The notes below the pieces were generated by a model, which saw nothing but the letters and a program-made list of their open reading frames with translations, had not been told where the DNA came from and made no database searches. Of a DNA stretch of 64,000 bases, positions 30,969-40,297 are shown piece after piece. Made by a program: the position numbers and the translations under genes. The stretch is from the sequence record SRR31156797_2365, one strand, 5' to 3'. Position 1 is the first letter of the stretch. Every line of letters starts with the position of its first letter.

Positions 30969-31340
30969 ATCCAACACTGTGCCTTTACAATAAAAAATCA
31001 CGGATTATCCTGAGTTATCATCAAATTGCTCGAATTAAACGAATTTTAATTCGTTCAATTGGTTAAATTCGATGAAGGAAATTGAAATCTGATATCATAA
31101 CCACCAGTAATAAATTATCATTAATTGCACGAATTATACCACAGCTAAAGTTTTAATTCGTAAAATTAGATACGATGAAATAAATACGAATTACAAGAAA
31201 TAATTAAATACTGAAAATATGAACATCGTTAATCCCGTAGGTTCAGGTACGGACTAACGATAGCGATTTTGTAAGAGTCTATACACCTGGCATTGTAAGG
31301 TATCGCAAGCGGCGCAATTCCAACCGATTGCAGTTTTTAG

Positions 31341-31348
31341 TAACTTTG
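31341..31348 (+). promoter_or_regulatory. -7 promoter element (TAACTTTG) for the MntP-like gene
   Basis: TAnnTTTG lying inside the ORF-track N-terminus, which implies a start at TTG 31376. Confidence 0.5.
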
Positions 31349-31375
31349 CGCACCATTTTTAAACCGGTATTTTTT

Positions 31376-31945
31376 TTGACACTTTTCAATCTCATAATCA
31401 TAGTTTTAGCCCTCTCCACGGAAGCCTTCGGGGTGATTTACCTCAACGGTTTCCTGAAAGATAAGCAAACCACCCTGCTCAGCAAAGCCCGGGTTTTGCT
31501 GTTTGTTCCGCTGGCTAATCTGGTGATGGCTGCCCTGGGATATTTCACCGGAGAGATCCTCACCACTATTCTGGCTGATTTTACAGGCGGGCTTTCCATT
31601 GGCATCATTTTTATTGTGGGATTAAAACTTATCATCAAATCATTTAAACCTAAGTTTCGGGAGATGACCTGGGAACTCTCCAGCCAAAAAGTACTCATCT
31701 CTTTTTCACTTGCGCTGGGCATCAATCTGTTTCTGCTTGGACTGGCACTCCCCGGTTTTGGGGTTGGTATATTTCCGTTTGCAATATCTACAGTTCTGGC
31801 ATTCTTATTGGCCGGCTTACTTGGCCTGGTTCTCGGAAGTAAAAGCTCAAAGTTCCTGCTGGCTTCCAGGGTTATGCTTGCAGGTGGTGCTATTGTGGCT
31901 GCCAGCGCCGTGTATTACCTGATCGACAGTTTAAATTTAATTTAA
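31376..31945 (+). CDS. MntP/DUF204-like (LysE superfamily) membrane transporter, divergent
   Basis: About 6 TM helices; LALSTEAFGV resembles the MntP LSMDAFAV motif; ORF track start is 31328. Confidence 0.65.
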   Translation: MTLFNLIIIVLALSTEAFGVIYLNGFLKDKQTTLLSKARVLLFVPLANLVMAALGYFTGEILTTILADFTGGLSIGIIFIVGLKLIIKSFKPKFREMTWELSSQKVLISFSLALGINLFLLGLALPGFGVGIFPFAISTVLAFLLAGLLGLVLGSKSSKFLLASRVMLAGGAIVAASAVYYLIDSLNLI

Positions 31946-31947
31946 CA

Positions 31948-33024
31948 ATGAATATGAAAAAATTAGTGCTGATTTTCCTGGTTTCGATGGTTTCACTGTC
32001 GTATGCACAAATTCCTCCCGGCTATTATGATAACGCCGAGGGGTTGACCGGAACCGCATTGCAGAATGCACTTCATAATATCATCGATAACCATTACGAC
32101 ATCAGCTATAGTGCATTGTGGAATGCCTTTGAAGACACCGACAAAAAATCAAACGGGAAAGTCTGGGACATCTACTCTGATGTTCCCGGAGGAAATCCCC
32201 CATACCAGTTTACCTTTTTTTCGGATCAATGCGGAAACTATGGCGGTGAGGGCGATTGCTATAACCGTGAGCACTCCTTCCCGCGAAGCTGGTTTGGCGG
32301 AACGGTACCTCCCATGAACACTGACCTCTACCAGGTTTATCCTACCGATGGTTATGTAAATGGGAAAAGAAATAACTTCCCTTATGGTGAGGTGAGTAAC
32401 CCGAGCTGGACTTCAATGAACGGGTCCAAAGTGGGAAACTGCGTAACTCCCGGTTATTCCGGAACTGTTTTTGAACCCATTGACGCATATAAAGGCGACC
32501 TGGCCCGTACCTACTTTTATATGGCTACAAGGTATCTGGGTGAAGATGGAAGCTGGCCCGGAAGCCCCATGGTGGATGGGTCGCAGCCCAAGGAATGGGC
32601 GCTGAATATGCTTTTCGAATGGCATCAACAAGATCCGGTAAGCCAGAAAGAAATCGAACGGAATAACGAGATTTACGACATCCAGAATAACAGAAACCCA
32701 TTCATCGACAATCCATTTTATGCCGATCAGATTTGGTTCAACACCACAACAAATGAGGATATCCTGATTGATCAATTTGATTTCAGTATATATCCAAATC
32801 CGGCTTCTGAAAGGGTAATCGTAGAAACAACATTGCAGTTTACTGGAAATACGTATGAAATTTCAATTACAGATGTTAATGGGAGAATCGTATTGCCAAA
32901 GACAGACATCGAATTGGACCAAACAGAAATCGACCTGAAAGACCTCGATAACGGGCTTTATTTCCTACATATCAGTGATGTTGAATCACAATATTCGATT
33001 TGCAAAAAACTGGTGAAGGAATAG
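31948..33024 (+). CDS. Secreted endonuclease I/Bsn-family nuclease with T9SS C-terminal sorting domain
   Basis: QIPPGYYD, YNREHSFPRSWF, VNGKRNN, KGDLARTYFYMATRY, QNNRNPFID; CTD IYPNPA...GLYFL...KKLVKE. Confidence 0.92.
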   Translation: MNMKKLVLIFLVSMVSLSYAQIPPGYYDNAEGLTGTALQNALHNIIDNHYDISYSALWNAFEDTDKKSNGKVWDIYSDVPGGNPPYQFTFFSDQCGNYGGEGDCYNREHSFPRSWFGGTVPPMNTDLYQVYPTDGYVNGKRNNFPYGEVSNPSWTSMNGSKVGNCVTPGYSGTVFEPIDAYKGDLARTYFYMATRYLGEDGSWPGSPMVDGSQPKEWALNMLFEWHQQDPVSQKEIERNNEIYDIQNNRNPFIDNPFYADQIWFNTTTNEDILIDQFDFSIYPNPASERVIVETTLQFTGNTYEISITDVNGRIVLPKTDIELDQTEIDLKDLDNGLYFLHISDVESQYSICKKLVKE

Positions 33025-33074
33025 AAATGAAATGGCCGATGAATTGTTAAACGAAGATTTAATATCTGTGGCGC

Positions 33075-33098
33075 AGATACGCACGGCCGTGCGTATCT
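33075..33098. repeat. REP-like perfect 24-bp palindrome
   Basis: AGATACGCACGGCCGTGCGTATCT, upstream of queD. Confidence 0.7.
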
Positions 33099-33135
33099 AC
33101 TACACGAATTAATTAAAAACATATCGTAAATCATT

Positions 33136-33585
33136 ATGGCAAAAATCAGAATAACCAAAGCATACAAATTTGATATGGCCCACGCACTTCCGGGACACGA
33201 CGGGCTCTGTAGCAATATCCACGGACATTCCTACGAATTACTGGTCACCCTCATCGGCGAACCCATCAGCGATCCTGCGTCACCCAAATTTGGTATGGTG
33301 ATCGATTTTAAGGATCTGAAGAAAATTATTAAAGGATTGATCGTGGATGAATTGGACCATTCCATGATACTGCGAGAGGATACTCCGGAAGACCTGCTCA
33401 GTGCATTTAAAAAATACTATGAACGGATTGTGCTGGTAGATTACCAGCCCACAAGCGAAAACATGATCATCGATTTCGCAAACCGTATACGGGAAGCGTT
33501 ACCCGAAAACGTAAAGCTTCATCACCTTAAACTCTGGGAAACCGTAACTTCTTACACGGAGTGGTTTGCAGAAGATAATGAGTAG
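33136..33585 (+). CDS. queD: 6-carboxy-5,6,7,8-tetrahydropterin synthase
   Basis: FDMAHAL, CSNIHGHSY, MVIDF, LDH, PTSEN, LWET. Confidence 0.92.
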   Translation: MAKIRITKAYKFDMAHALPGHDGLCSNIHGHSYELLVTLIGEPISDPASPKFGMVIDFKDLKKIIKGLIVDELDHSMILREDTPEDLLSAFKKYYERIVLVDYQPTSENMIIDFANRIREALPENVKLHHLKLWETVTSYTEWFAEDNE

Positions 33586-33595
33586 CCAGTAAAAA

Positions 33596-33883
33596 TCACA
33601 TCCAGTTTTCGGCAAAGAAAGCTGCACCAATAATACTAAAAACAATACCACCAATCACGATTCCGATGGCATACCAAATGAGGGTTGCCTTAGCCCAGTT
33701 TGCCTTGTTGATATTGGAATCCGACGAAAAAGCCCAGATAAACAACATAACCAGCCCTACAATTGGGATGGCTGTGATCAGGATTGTGATAACCCAGTCG
33801 CCAACTGACAAAGGCTGGTTGCGGTATTCGTCGAAACGATTTCCCGGATAAGGAAGGTTATCGTGTGTGCTTGTGTTTTCCAT
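33596..33883 (-). CDS. Small two-TM membrane protein
   Basis: SVGDWVITILITAIPIVGLVMLFIWAF...NKANWAKA; ATG 33883 preferred. Confidence 0.75.
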   Translation of the reverse strand: MENTSTHDNLPYPGNRFDEYRNQPLSVGDWVITILITAIPIVGLVMLFIWAFSSDSNINKANWAKATLIWYAIGIVIGGIVFSIIGAAFFAENWM

Positions 33884-33922
33884 GAGTCGAGATTTTAAAT
33901 TACGCACACAAGATAATAAAAA

Positions 33923-36541
33923 TCAATAAAACACAATCTCCACCTCTGGACGGGCCTGCTTGAATTTTTCGATCCTGCGCTCTGAAATCCTTGTATTGTA
34001 GCACCTGATGAGCTTAAGCGTTGGAATATATTCCAGTTCGTCCAGTCTTTTTATGGATGTATTGTAGCAATCCAGATGTTCGAGGCTATTGAGATTTTCC
34101 AGACCCTTCAGGTTACGGATCTGTGTTCCGGAGCAATTGAGTTTTTTCAGCGCATGTAAGCCGGCCAAGAACTCCAGGCTCTCAACAGGTGTATTTTGCA
34201 CGTCGAGTATTTCAAGATTGCGAACCTCTGACAATGGATCCAGGGTCTCGATGGGGTTGTTGTTGCAAATCAAAACTTTTAAGGATGAATTTCCCCTGAG
34301 TGGTTCGAGGCTGGTTATGCTGGTATTGGAAAACTTTAACTCCTCCAGAAACAAAAGCTTTTGGATACTTTCAAGGCTGGTAATTTCGATTGATCGTTGG
34401 ACCATTTCCGGGAAATCGGACAGATCAACCCTTCGTAAATTAGCCAGTTCCTGCAGTTGCTCCCTGGTGAGTTCGTCATTGGTTTTCAGGAATTGTTCAG
34501 CCAGAAGCTTCCAGACATCAGGCAATTTATTCCACCAAACCTCCAGTTCAGCAGTTTGATAAACCACCAGGCATTCAGGGTGCACCAACATAAAATCGAT
34601 GATCTCAGCTTCCGGAACCTGTGTTTGATCGCAATAAATATTGCGCAGTTCCATGATATCCATTAAAGGATCAATGTCGCTGACAAGGGTCCTGTCAAAC
34701 GATACTTTTTCGAGCTTGGACAGGGTTTCAAGCGGGCTGATATCAGCCACCTTTGTATCTGTGAAATTGAGGTTTCTCAGGTCGGCCAGTGAACTTAGTC
34801 CTTCCAGGTTATCGATGGAAGTGCCCTGGCATTGCAGTTCTTTCAGTTGTGAAAGGTTTGAAAGCGGGTCCAAAGATTGAATTCTTGTATTTCCGGCAAT
34901 GTTCAGTGTTTTGATCTTGATGATCTGATGTAATTCTTCCTTGGAAGGATTACTGACAAGACTCACATTTTTGGTAAACACATCACGCCACGCCGGTGAA
35001 ATTTTTTCCCACCAGTTGATGAGATCGGCAGATTCGTAAATAACCAGCACGTTTGGATTCTGATCCATAAAAGTGATGGCTTCGCTACGCGCGACACCGG
35101 TTTTATCGCAATAGATTTTACTCAGTTCAGGCAGGCCATTCAACGGCGAAAGATCAGAAATCCGGGTTTGATCGGCAAACAGGAAGTGTAATCCTGACAA
35201 GTCTTTCAGGGGTTGCAGATTTTCGACGGATGTTTTTTCAAATTTAAGGAAAAAGATATTTTTCTTTCCGGCGAGGGGCGTAAGGTCTTCCACTTTTGTT
35301 TCTGAAAAATCGAGCCTTTCCAGGCCGGTTAAGTTTTGGATCGCATCAAGATTGCTCACCTTAGTGGCTGCCAGCTCCAGATCTTTTACCGAAGTAATCT
35401 CCGCCAAAGCAGAAATTGAATCCACATCGGTTTGATTGAGATGAAGCTTCTCCAACGAGGTAAAATTCACCGCAGGCGAAATATCGGTAATGAGGGTGCG
35501 GTTCATGATCAGCTGTTCGAGGTTGGTGGAATACTTGAGGGCTTCGAGCGAATTCACCGAAGTTTGTGTACAGTTCAGGTACTCCAATTTGGTGAGGTTT
35601 CTCAGCGGCATCAGCTCATCTACCATGGTGAAACTACAATCGATGCGTTTGAGATCATCAAGTTTAGATAGCGGTTCCAAAGAAAATACGGCTGAATTTC
35701 CGGAGATGTTTATGGTATCCAGGGTCGTGATTTTCCGGAGCTGGCGATCGAGCAGGTTTAAAGTAAAATTGCTGGTATCGGTGAGCGAAACATACATGCT
35801 ATCCTGGGATTCGAAAGTTAACGTGTCGCGGCTCATTTTCCATTTCACCAGGAAATTCAATTTAGCCAGCGAATCGTTATACCAGGTCACGTCTTTCATC
35901 CGGATGGTATCATGCAAAAGGATATTTGCCCCTAAAACATCTTTCCAAACCTGTGGCAGCTCCCTCCACCACTTCCGTAACTCCTCTTTTTCGTTGAGTT
36001 TGGTGGTGTAGATACTAGCGATTTTGAGGTCTTTTTCTACATCATCCAAATTAATCTCGATGTAACGAAGGCGGTTATTATCCACGGTATCGCCAAGCAC
36101 GGTAACACCTTTGAGGTTCCTGTTGAGGCTAACTTTAAAAAAGAGCTGATTGTTTTCGTTGATCTGATGTTCGATGGCCTGAATGGTAAATACAAACTGC
36201 ACACTGTCGAAAAAGAAGTCGATATCCTTCAGGTAGGCCTGCACATCTTTATTGATAGGCACTTCGCGATTTTCATCCAGGTCATCTTCCACCTGCACTT
36301 TTTCATCAACAAAAAACTTCGAAAAGCTCTGGTTGATGATGATGTCTTTTTCCTTCACGGGAACATCGGCACTGCCAATGGTGTTAAAAGTAAACTCAAG
36401 AAACGAAACCAGTTTTTCGGCGTCGCTGCTGTACTGTTCAATCTCCTCTGCGGAAAGCGCTTGCTGGGCAGACGCCGGCCTGATCAGGGTTACGAACAAA
36501 AGCATGAAAATACACAGATATACAATAATCTTTACCTTCAT
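33923..36541 (-). CDS. Secreted leucine-rich-repeat protein with uncharacterised N-terminal domain
   Basis: Signal peptide ASA-QQ; many 22-aa LxxLxxLxxLxxxxTxIxxL repeats in three blocks. Confidence 0.88.
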   Translation of the reverse strand: MKVKIIVYLCIFMLLFVTLIRPASAQQALSAEEIEQYSSDAEKLVSFLEFTFNTIGSADVPVKEKDIIINQSFSKFFVDEKVQVEDDLDENREVPINKDVQAYLKDIDFFFDSVQFVFTIQAIEHQINENNQLFFKVSLNRNLKGVTVLGDTVDNNRLRYIEINLDDVEKDLKIASIYTTKLNEKEELRKWWRELPQVWKDVLGANILLHDTIRMKDVTWYNDSLAKLNFLVKWKMSRDTLTFESQDSMYVSLTDTSNFTLNLLDRQLRKITTLDTINISGNSAVFSLEPLSKLDDLKRIDCSFTMVDELMPLRNLTKLEYLNCTQTSVNSLEALKYSTNLEQLIMNRTLITDISPAVNFTSLEKLHLNQTDVDSISALAEITSVKDLELAATKVSNLDAIQNLTGLERLDFSETKVEDLTPLAGKKNIFFLKFEKTSVENLQPLKDLSGLHFLFADQTRISDLSPLNGLPELSKIYCDKTGVARSEAITFMDQNPNVLVIYESADLINWWEKISPAWRDVFTKNVSLVSNPSKEELHQIIKIKTLNIAGNTRIQSLDPLSNLSQLKELQCQGTSIDNLEGLSSLADLRNLNFTDTKVADISPLETLSKLEKVSFDRTLVSDIDPLMDIMELRNIYCDQTQVPEAEIIDFMLVHPECLVVYQTAELEVWWNKLPDVWKLLAEQFLKTNDELTREQLQELANLRRVDLSDFPEMVQRSIEITSLESIQKLLFLEELKFSNTSITSLEPLRGNSSLKVLICNNNPIETLDPLSEVRNLEILDVQNTPVESLEFLAGLHALKKLNCSGTQIRNLKGLENLNSLEHLDCYNTSIKRLDELEYIPTLKLIRCYNTRISERRIEKFKQARPEVEIVFY

Positions 36542-36547
36542 ATCAGG

Positions 36548-37414
36548 TTAATCCAGGTTGTAGAGATAGTTTATAAGGCTTTCTTTCTGGCCATCTTCGA
36601 GCCTGATCAAATTACTGATGAGCCAGCCACGATTTAACCCGGGCCTGTTGAATTCGCTAATTTCCAAATACCAGCTATCGAGTTGAAAAAAGTGGAATTT
36701 TACGCTGGCAACATAGTCGAACTTCAAAGACCCATTCCTCAATTCATAAAGAAATATCGAAAGTTTGCAGGGCTCAAAACCCTGTTTAAAATAATCGCCA
36801 GCGTGTTCTGAACTTCTGAAAACCTTATCGAGATTCATAAAATCAAGCTCATGACTTAATGGGTGCAAAAACCGTGATGAAGACGCTTCGTCCTTCACAT
36901 AAAGATCTTCATAAGGATTATACCGCACATCGTCGATCACCCATTTCGAACCCAGGTTTTCCTTCACCAGGCGCATCAGAAAGGTAACATAAACAGTGTT
37001 GTTTCCACGGCTAAAACTCAGCACAACCTCGCCAAACCAATCACCGCCATGAAAGTCGAGGTATTTCGAATCCCCCTGAAGGGTTACATCATGAATAAAT
37101 GCATCCTTTAAAATGGGTGAAATATCGGTGTTTTGCCGATCGAAAAGCAGGTTGATAAACTGCTCCCGAAGCTGAGGATCGTGATACAATGAGTCTCGTG
37201 TTGAAAGTTTTACTCCCCGCAAGTTTTCCTCAGCATTGAAACGCCTGAAAAACTGGTTGACCTGTTTGGTTTCTGCATAAAACGATTCGAGGCTTTCCTC
37301 GTCGTTGATGGAGGAAAAATCACCAATTTGCGAAAAGCCCGGGAGCGACCACAACAATAAAAACACAAATACCGAACCTCTATAATTCATAGCCGGATAG
37401 TTTTTGATGAACAA
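36548..37414 (-). CDS. Secreted hypothetical protein
   Basis: 288 aa, signal peptide GFS-Q; 6 bp upstream of the LRR gene. Confidence 0.8.
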   Translation of the reverse strand: MFIKNYPAMNYRGSVFVFLLLWSLPGFSQIGDFSSINDEESLESFYAETKQVNQFFRRFNAEENLRGVKLSTRDSLYHDPQLREQFINLLFDRQNTDISPILKDAFIHDVTLQGDSKYLDFHGGDWFGEVVLSFSRGNNTVYVTFLMRLVKENLGSKWVIDDVRYNPYEDLYVKDEASSSRFLHPLSHELDFMNLDKVFRSSEHAGDYFKQGFEPCKLSIFLYELRNGSLKFDYVASVKFHFFQLDSWYLEISEFNRPGLNRGWLISNLIRLEDGQKESLINYLYNLD

Positions 37415-37497
37415 TAACTGCGTGTAATTTGTGCTTCAGGTGTGGTGATTTGGTGTACAATTATTTTGTAGAGTGTATACTCCTGTAGAAATAAAAC

Positions 37498-37524
37498 GTC
37501 CGTCGCAATTGGTTTGCGACGGAC
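37498..37524 (-). terminator. Intra-cluster hairpin / terminator
   Basis: GTCCGTCGCAA-N5-TTGCGACGGAC perfect 11-bp stem followed by GTTTTATTT on the minus strand. Confidence 0.7.
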
Positions 37525-37543
37525 TAAAATATTTTAGAAATAT

Positions 37544-38119
37544 TTACGGCATGGTTTCCACAACCCTCACATCGCCGAGCAACACATCCCAGAAACCTAT
37601 GATCCGGCCTCCAATTTGCGTTTGCTTCCGTTCCACATAAACGGTGATGTCTTTTTTGGTTGTGTCGACATATTTGAGTTTATCACCTGAACGGCCTTCG
37701 AAGCGCTGGTAGATGGTTATAACGCCTACATACCTGCCGTCGGGCTGGCGTTCCAGGTCAGAGATGTACTCGATGTTGAACCACTCAATGGTTACTTTAT
37801 CATAGTTCAGCGCCATCAACCTTTCGAGGTAAGTGCGAATGTCGTAATATTTCACTTCTTTCTGGTTGAGTGACGAAACACCCATTTGAGCATCTTCGGT
37901 GAACAGCTCCAGCGTACGTTCAATCACACGGTTGGCTTCTGACCAAGGTGTTTGCTTGTCGCCAATTATGCTGATGTATTTACTGAGGTCCCTCACCTTT
38001 TCGAGCGCCAGGCTGTCGATGGCCATTTTACGCTCGGGGCTGATATTATCCTGACTGTATGCCGCCTGTCCGATGAACAGGGCTACAAAAATCCATATGA
38101 TGTTATTCATTGCCTTCAT
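37544..38119 (-). CDS. Secreted hypothetical protein
   Basis: 191 aa, signal peptide AYS-Q; alpha then beta pattern ending WDVLLGDVRVVET. Confidence 0.82.
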   Translation of the reverse strand: MKAMNNIIWIFVALFIGQAAYSQDNISPERKMAIDSLALEKVRDLSKYISIIGDKQTPWSEANRVIERTLELFTEDAQMGVSSLNQKEVKYYDIRTYLERLMALNYDKVTIEWFNIEYISDLERQPDGRYVGVITIYQRFEGRSGDKLKYVDTTKKDITVYVERKQTQIGGRIIGFWDVLLGDVRVVETMP

Positions 38120-38125
38120 GATTGT

Positions 38126-38785
38126 TTACTTTTTAATCAGTTCAAGTTCAGTAATTTTACCATTGGCGTCAAACTGCACATTGTGAATGGTGTTCACGTT
38201 TTTACCCTGGTCTTTGATGTATTCCAGGTATTTTTTTATGGTGGTCGGGCGGTCATAATCCTTGGTGCTGCCATCCATATAAACGATCTGGAGAACCGGT
38301 ACATCAGGTGATGCAAAAAACCTGAGCGCTTCGTTGATGCGGGTATTGGCCATTTCCATGCTTTTGGTGTTGGCGATACCATCGAACAGACTTTCGATCT
38401 TACTAAACTTATTTTCTTCGGCCTGCCGGGCTTCCAGTTCCTTTCGGCGTTGCTCCTCCTCAAGCCTTTCTAATTCGTCCTTTTCATTTTGGATGGCTTC
38501 CTCAGCTCTTAGAATTAGGGCATCCACTTCAGGATCTTGGAGGTTCATTCCTTTGATTTCCGAAACTTTATCTTCTTTTTCTTCCAGCAGCATATCGCCC
38601 TGGTCGTTGATGATCATAAGCAAATCTTTTTTAGCCTCCTCAATCATGGCGACTCTTTCGGCGGCTGCTTTTTCAGCGGCAATCTTCTTTTTGCTTTTAC
38701 ATCCGGTAAATCCTCCGGCCACAACCATTGCCAGGGCAATTGCAAAAAGCCTGAGGGTCAGGTTGGAATAAATGATTTTTTTCAT
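38126..38785 (-). CDS. Hypothetical lipoprotein with coiled-coil stalk
   Basis: Start MKKII at 38785; lipobox FTGC followed by KSKKK; E/K/A-rich helical region and a globular C-terminus. Confidence 0.82.
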   Translation of the reverse strand: MKKIIYSNLTLRLFAIALAMVVAGGFTGCKSKKKIAAEKAAAERVAMIEEAKKDLLMIINDQGDMLLEEKEDKVSEIKGMNLQDPEVDALILRAEEAIQNEKDELERLEEEQRRKELEARQAEENKFSKIESLFDGIANTKSMEMANTRINEALRFFASPDVPVLQIVYMDGSTKDYDRPTTIKKYLEYIKDQGKNVNTIHNVQFDANGKITELELIKK

Positions 38786-38899
38786 CTTGCTGTATTTAAA
38801 TATTTGATTTTTTGATGCTATTTCATGCAAAAATATTGTATTCGTTCAGGTTAAATATTTTGCATTCAAGAATTTATTCAGGATTTATGAACACAAATA

Positions 38900-38928
38900 A
38901 GGAACCCCCGTGTTAAACGAGGGTTCCT
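38900..38928 (-). terminator. Hairpin/terminator after the C1B peptidase gene
   Basis: AGGAACCC...GGGTTCCT stem followed by TATTTGT on the minus strand. Confidence 0.6.
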
Positions 38929-38964
38929 GATATTTATTACGATTTTAGTTGAGATTCCTTAGAG

Positions 38965-40167
38965 TCAGAGTGCTTTGCTGATCTTTTTGGGAATCACATT
39001 TTTGTTTACCATGATATCGATGGTTTTGTAGCGTACAAAAGCTTCGGATGCATAGAAGTATCCATCATAAATGTGGCCTTCGGTTCCCCATGAATTTTTT
39101 ACGATGTAAAACGTATTTCCGTCTTGATCTTCGGCCCTGCCTACGATTTCCATACCATGGTCGTCGGTGGTGGTGTAATTATCAAAACCTTCCTGACGCA
39201 ACTCCTGTGTGATCTCTTTCTCTTTGACTGGTTCATCAAAACTGTAAAGCATTTCGCGCTTTTCTTTGTTGGTGAGTGTTTCCCACTTTTCTTTTTCTGT
39301 ACCTGAAAGGTCGGTTTTTTCTTCGTCCGGAACGATGGCAATCCCGTTTTTCCAGGAAAATCCTTTTTCACTTACGTCTGCTCCCCATGCCACTGTATGG
39401 CCATCTTCAAGGGATGCATCGATGATCGCCATCATGTCATCGAGTGGTACGTTGTAAATCTCACCAAGCAACCAGTTGTCGGGCACTTCAAGAATAAATT
39501 CTTCATAAAATGGGTGGTGTGTAAATGAACCAATCTCAACATAGTCGTCCATATCTAGGCCAATTTCCACAGCAAAAGATTGTGGTGTGTATTCTTTACC
39601 TTCCCAGGTGAACTTTTCGGGATAGTCACCCAAATAGGCATCCAGCAAACCTTCAAAACCTTCATCCCAAACGGGCGTGAGTTTACGATTTTTGTTTTCG
39701 ATAACACCTTCCATATATCCCGAAAATACCTTGTCCATTTCGCCATGCACAAAGTAATCTTCGCCAATCACAAGTCCTGAATACACCTCTTCAGGAACAA
39801 TGCCATAATCGCGGATGATATGTGTAACATCGTGGAAAGCGCCACCGCCGGCAAAATTCACTTTTCCGTGCCAGCGTACATACTGGTCAGCTTTGTCTGA
39901 GTAGGTATTGCGAATAATGAATGCTTCAGAAAGATCATATTCTCCTTTGCCGTTTTTAAGCAATTCTGATTCGAGAAATGAAAGTCCGGAATAGCTCCAA
40001 CATGTACCTGACCGGTACTGATTTTTAACCGGTGTGTTATCGAGCCTGATCTCATCGGTAAATTCATAGCCGTGCTTTTTTTCTTCATCCTGGGCAATGC
40101 CCGGAATGGCAATCATCAGGGCGATGATTAGGGTAGCGAGTTTTGTAAATTTTATCATGATATTCAT
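38965..40167 (-). CDS. Secreted C1B cysteine aminopeptidase (aminopeptidase C / bleomycin hydrolase family)
   Basis: QYRSGTCWSYS, TDDHGM, VKNSWG catalytic motifs. Start moved to 40167 because of a signal peptide and a TAAATTTG promoter element at 40191-40198. Confidence 0.92.
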   Translation of the reverse strand: MNIMIKFTKLATLIIALMIAIPGIAQDEEKKHGYEFTDEIRLDNTPVKNQYRSGTCWSYSGLSFLESELLKNGKGEYDLSEAFIIRNTYSDKADQYVRWHGKVNFAGGGAFHDVTHIIRDYGIVPEEVYSGLVIGEDYFVHGEMDKVFSGYMEGVIENKNRKLTPVWDEGFEGLLDAYLGDYPEKFTWEGKEYTPQSFAVEIGLDMDDYVEIGSFTHHPFYEEFILEVPDNWLLGEIYNVPLDDMMAIIDASLEDGHTVAWGADVSEKGFSWKNGIAIVPDEEKTDLSGTEKEKWETLTNKEKREMLYSFDEPVKEKEITQELRQEGFDNYTTTDDHGMEIVGRAEDQDGNTFYIVKNSWGTEGHIYDGYFYASEAFVRYKTIDIMVNKNVIPKKISKAL

Positions 40168-40297
40168 ATTATGTTTTGTAATTTGATCGACAAATTTAAA
40201 CAAAGGGTTTTTGAGGTGAAATATTCCGAAAGGTTTATTGCTCATACAATTCCTCACATCGAAAACGATTCCATATCTATACAATTAAAAATAAAAA

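Noticed and set aside
30212-31066. ORFs 30212-30526 and 30689-31066
   Set aside because: They overlap msrC or run across the MITE-like element and show no protein-like features
31200-31375. yybP-ykoY manganese riboswitch expected before an mntP-like gene
   Set aside because: Consensus elements are not recognisable, and the predicted promoter leaves only a short leader
38126-38785. Nucleoid-associated (H-NS-like) function for the K/E/A-rich protein
   Set aside because: It has a lipoprotein signal (FTGC) and no H-NS DNA-binding motif; any similarity would come from coiled-coil composition
40168-40284. N-terminal 39 aa of the ORF-track peptidase call
   Set aside because: Overlaps a TAAATTTG promoter element, and the signal peptide begins at 40167
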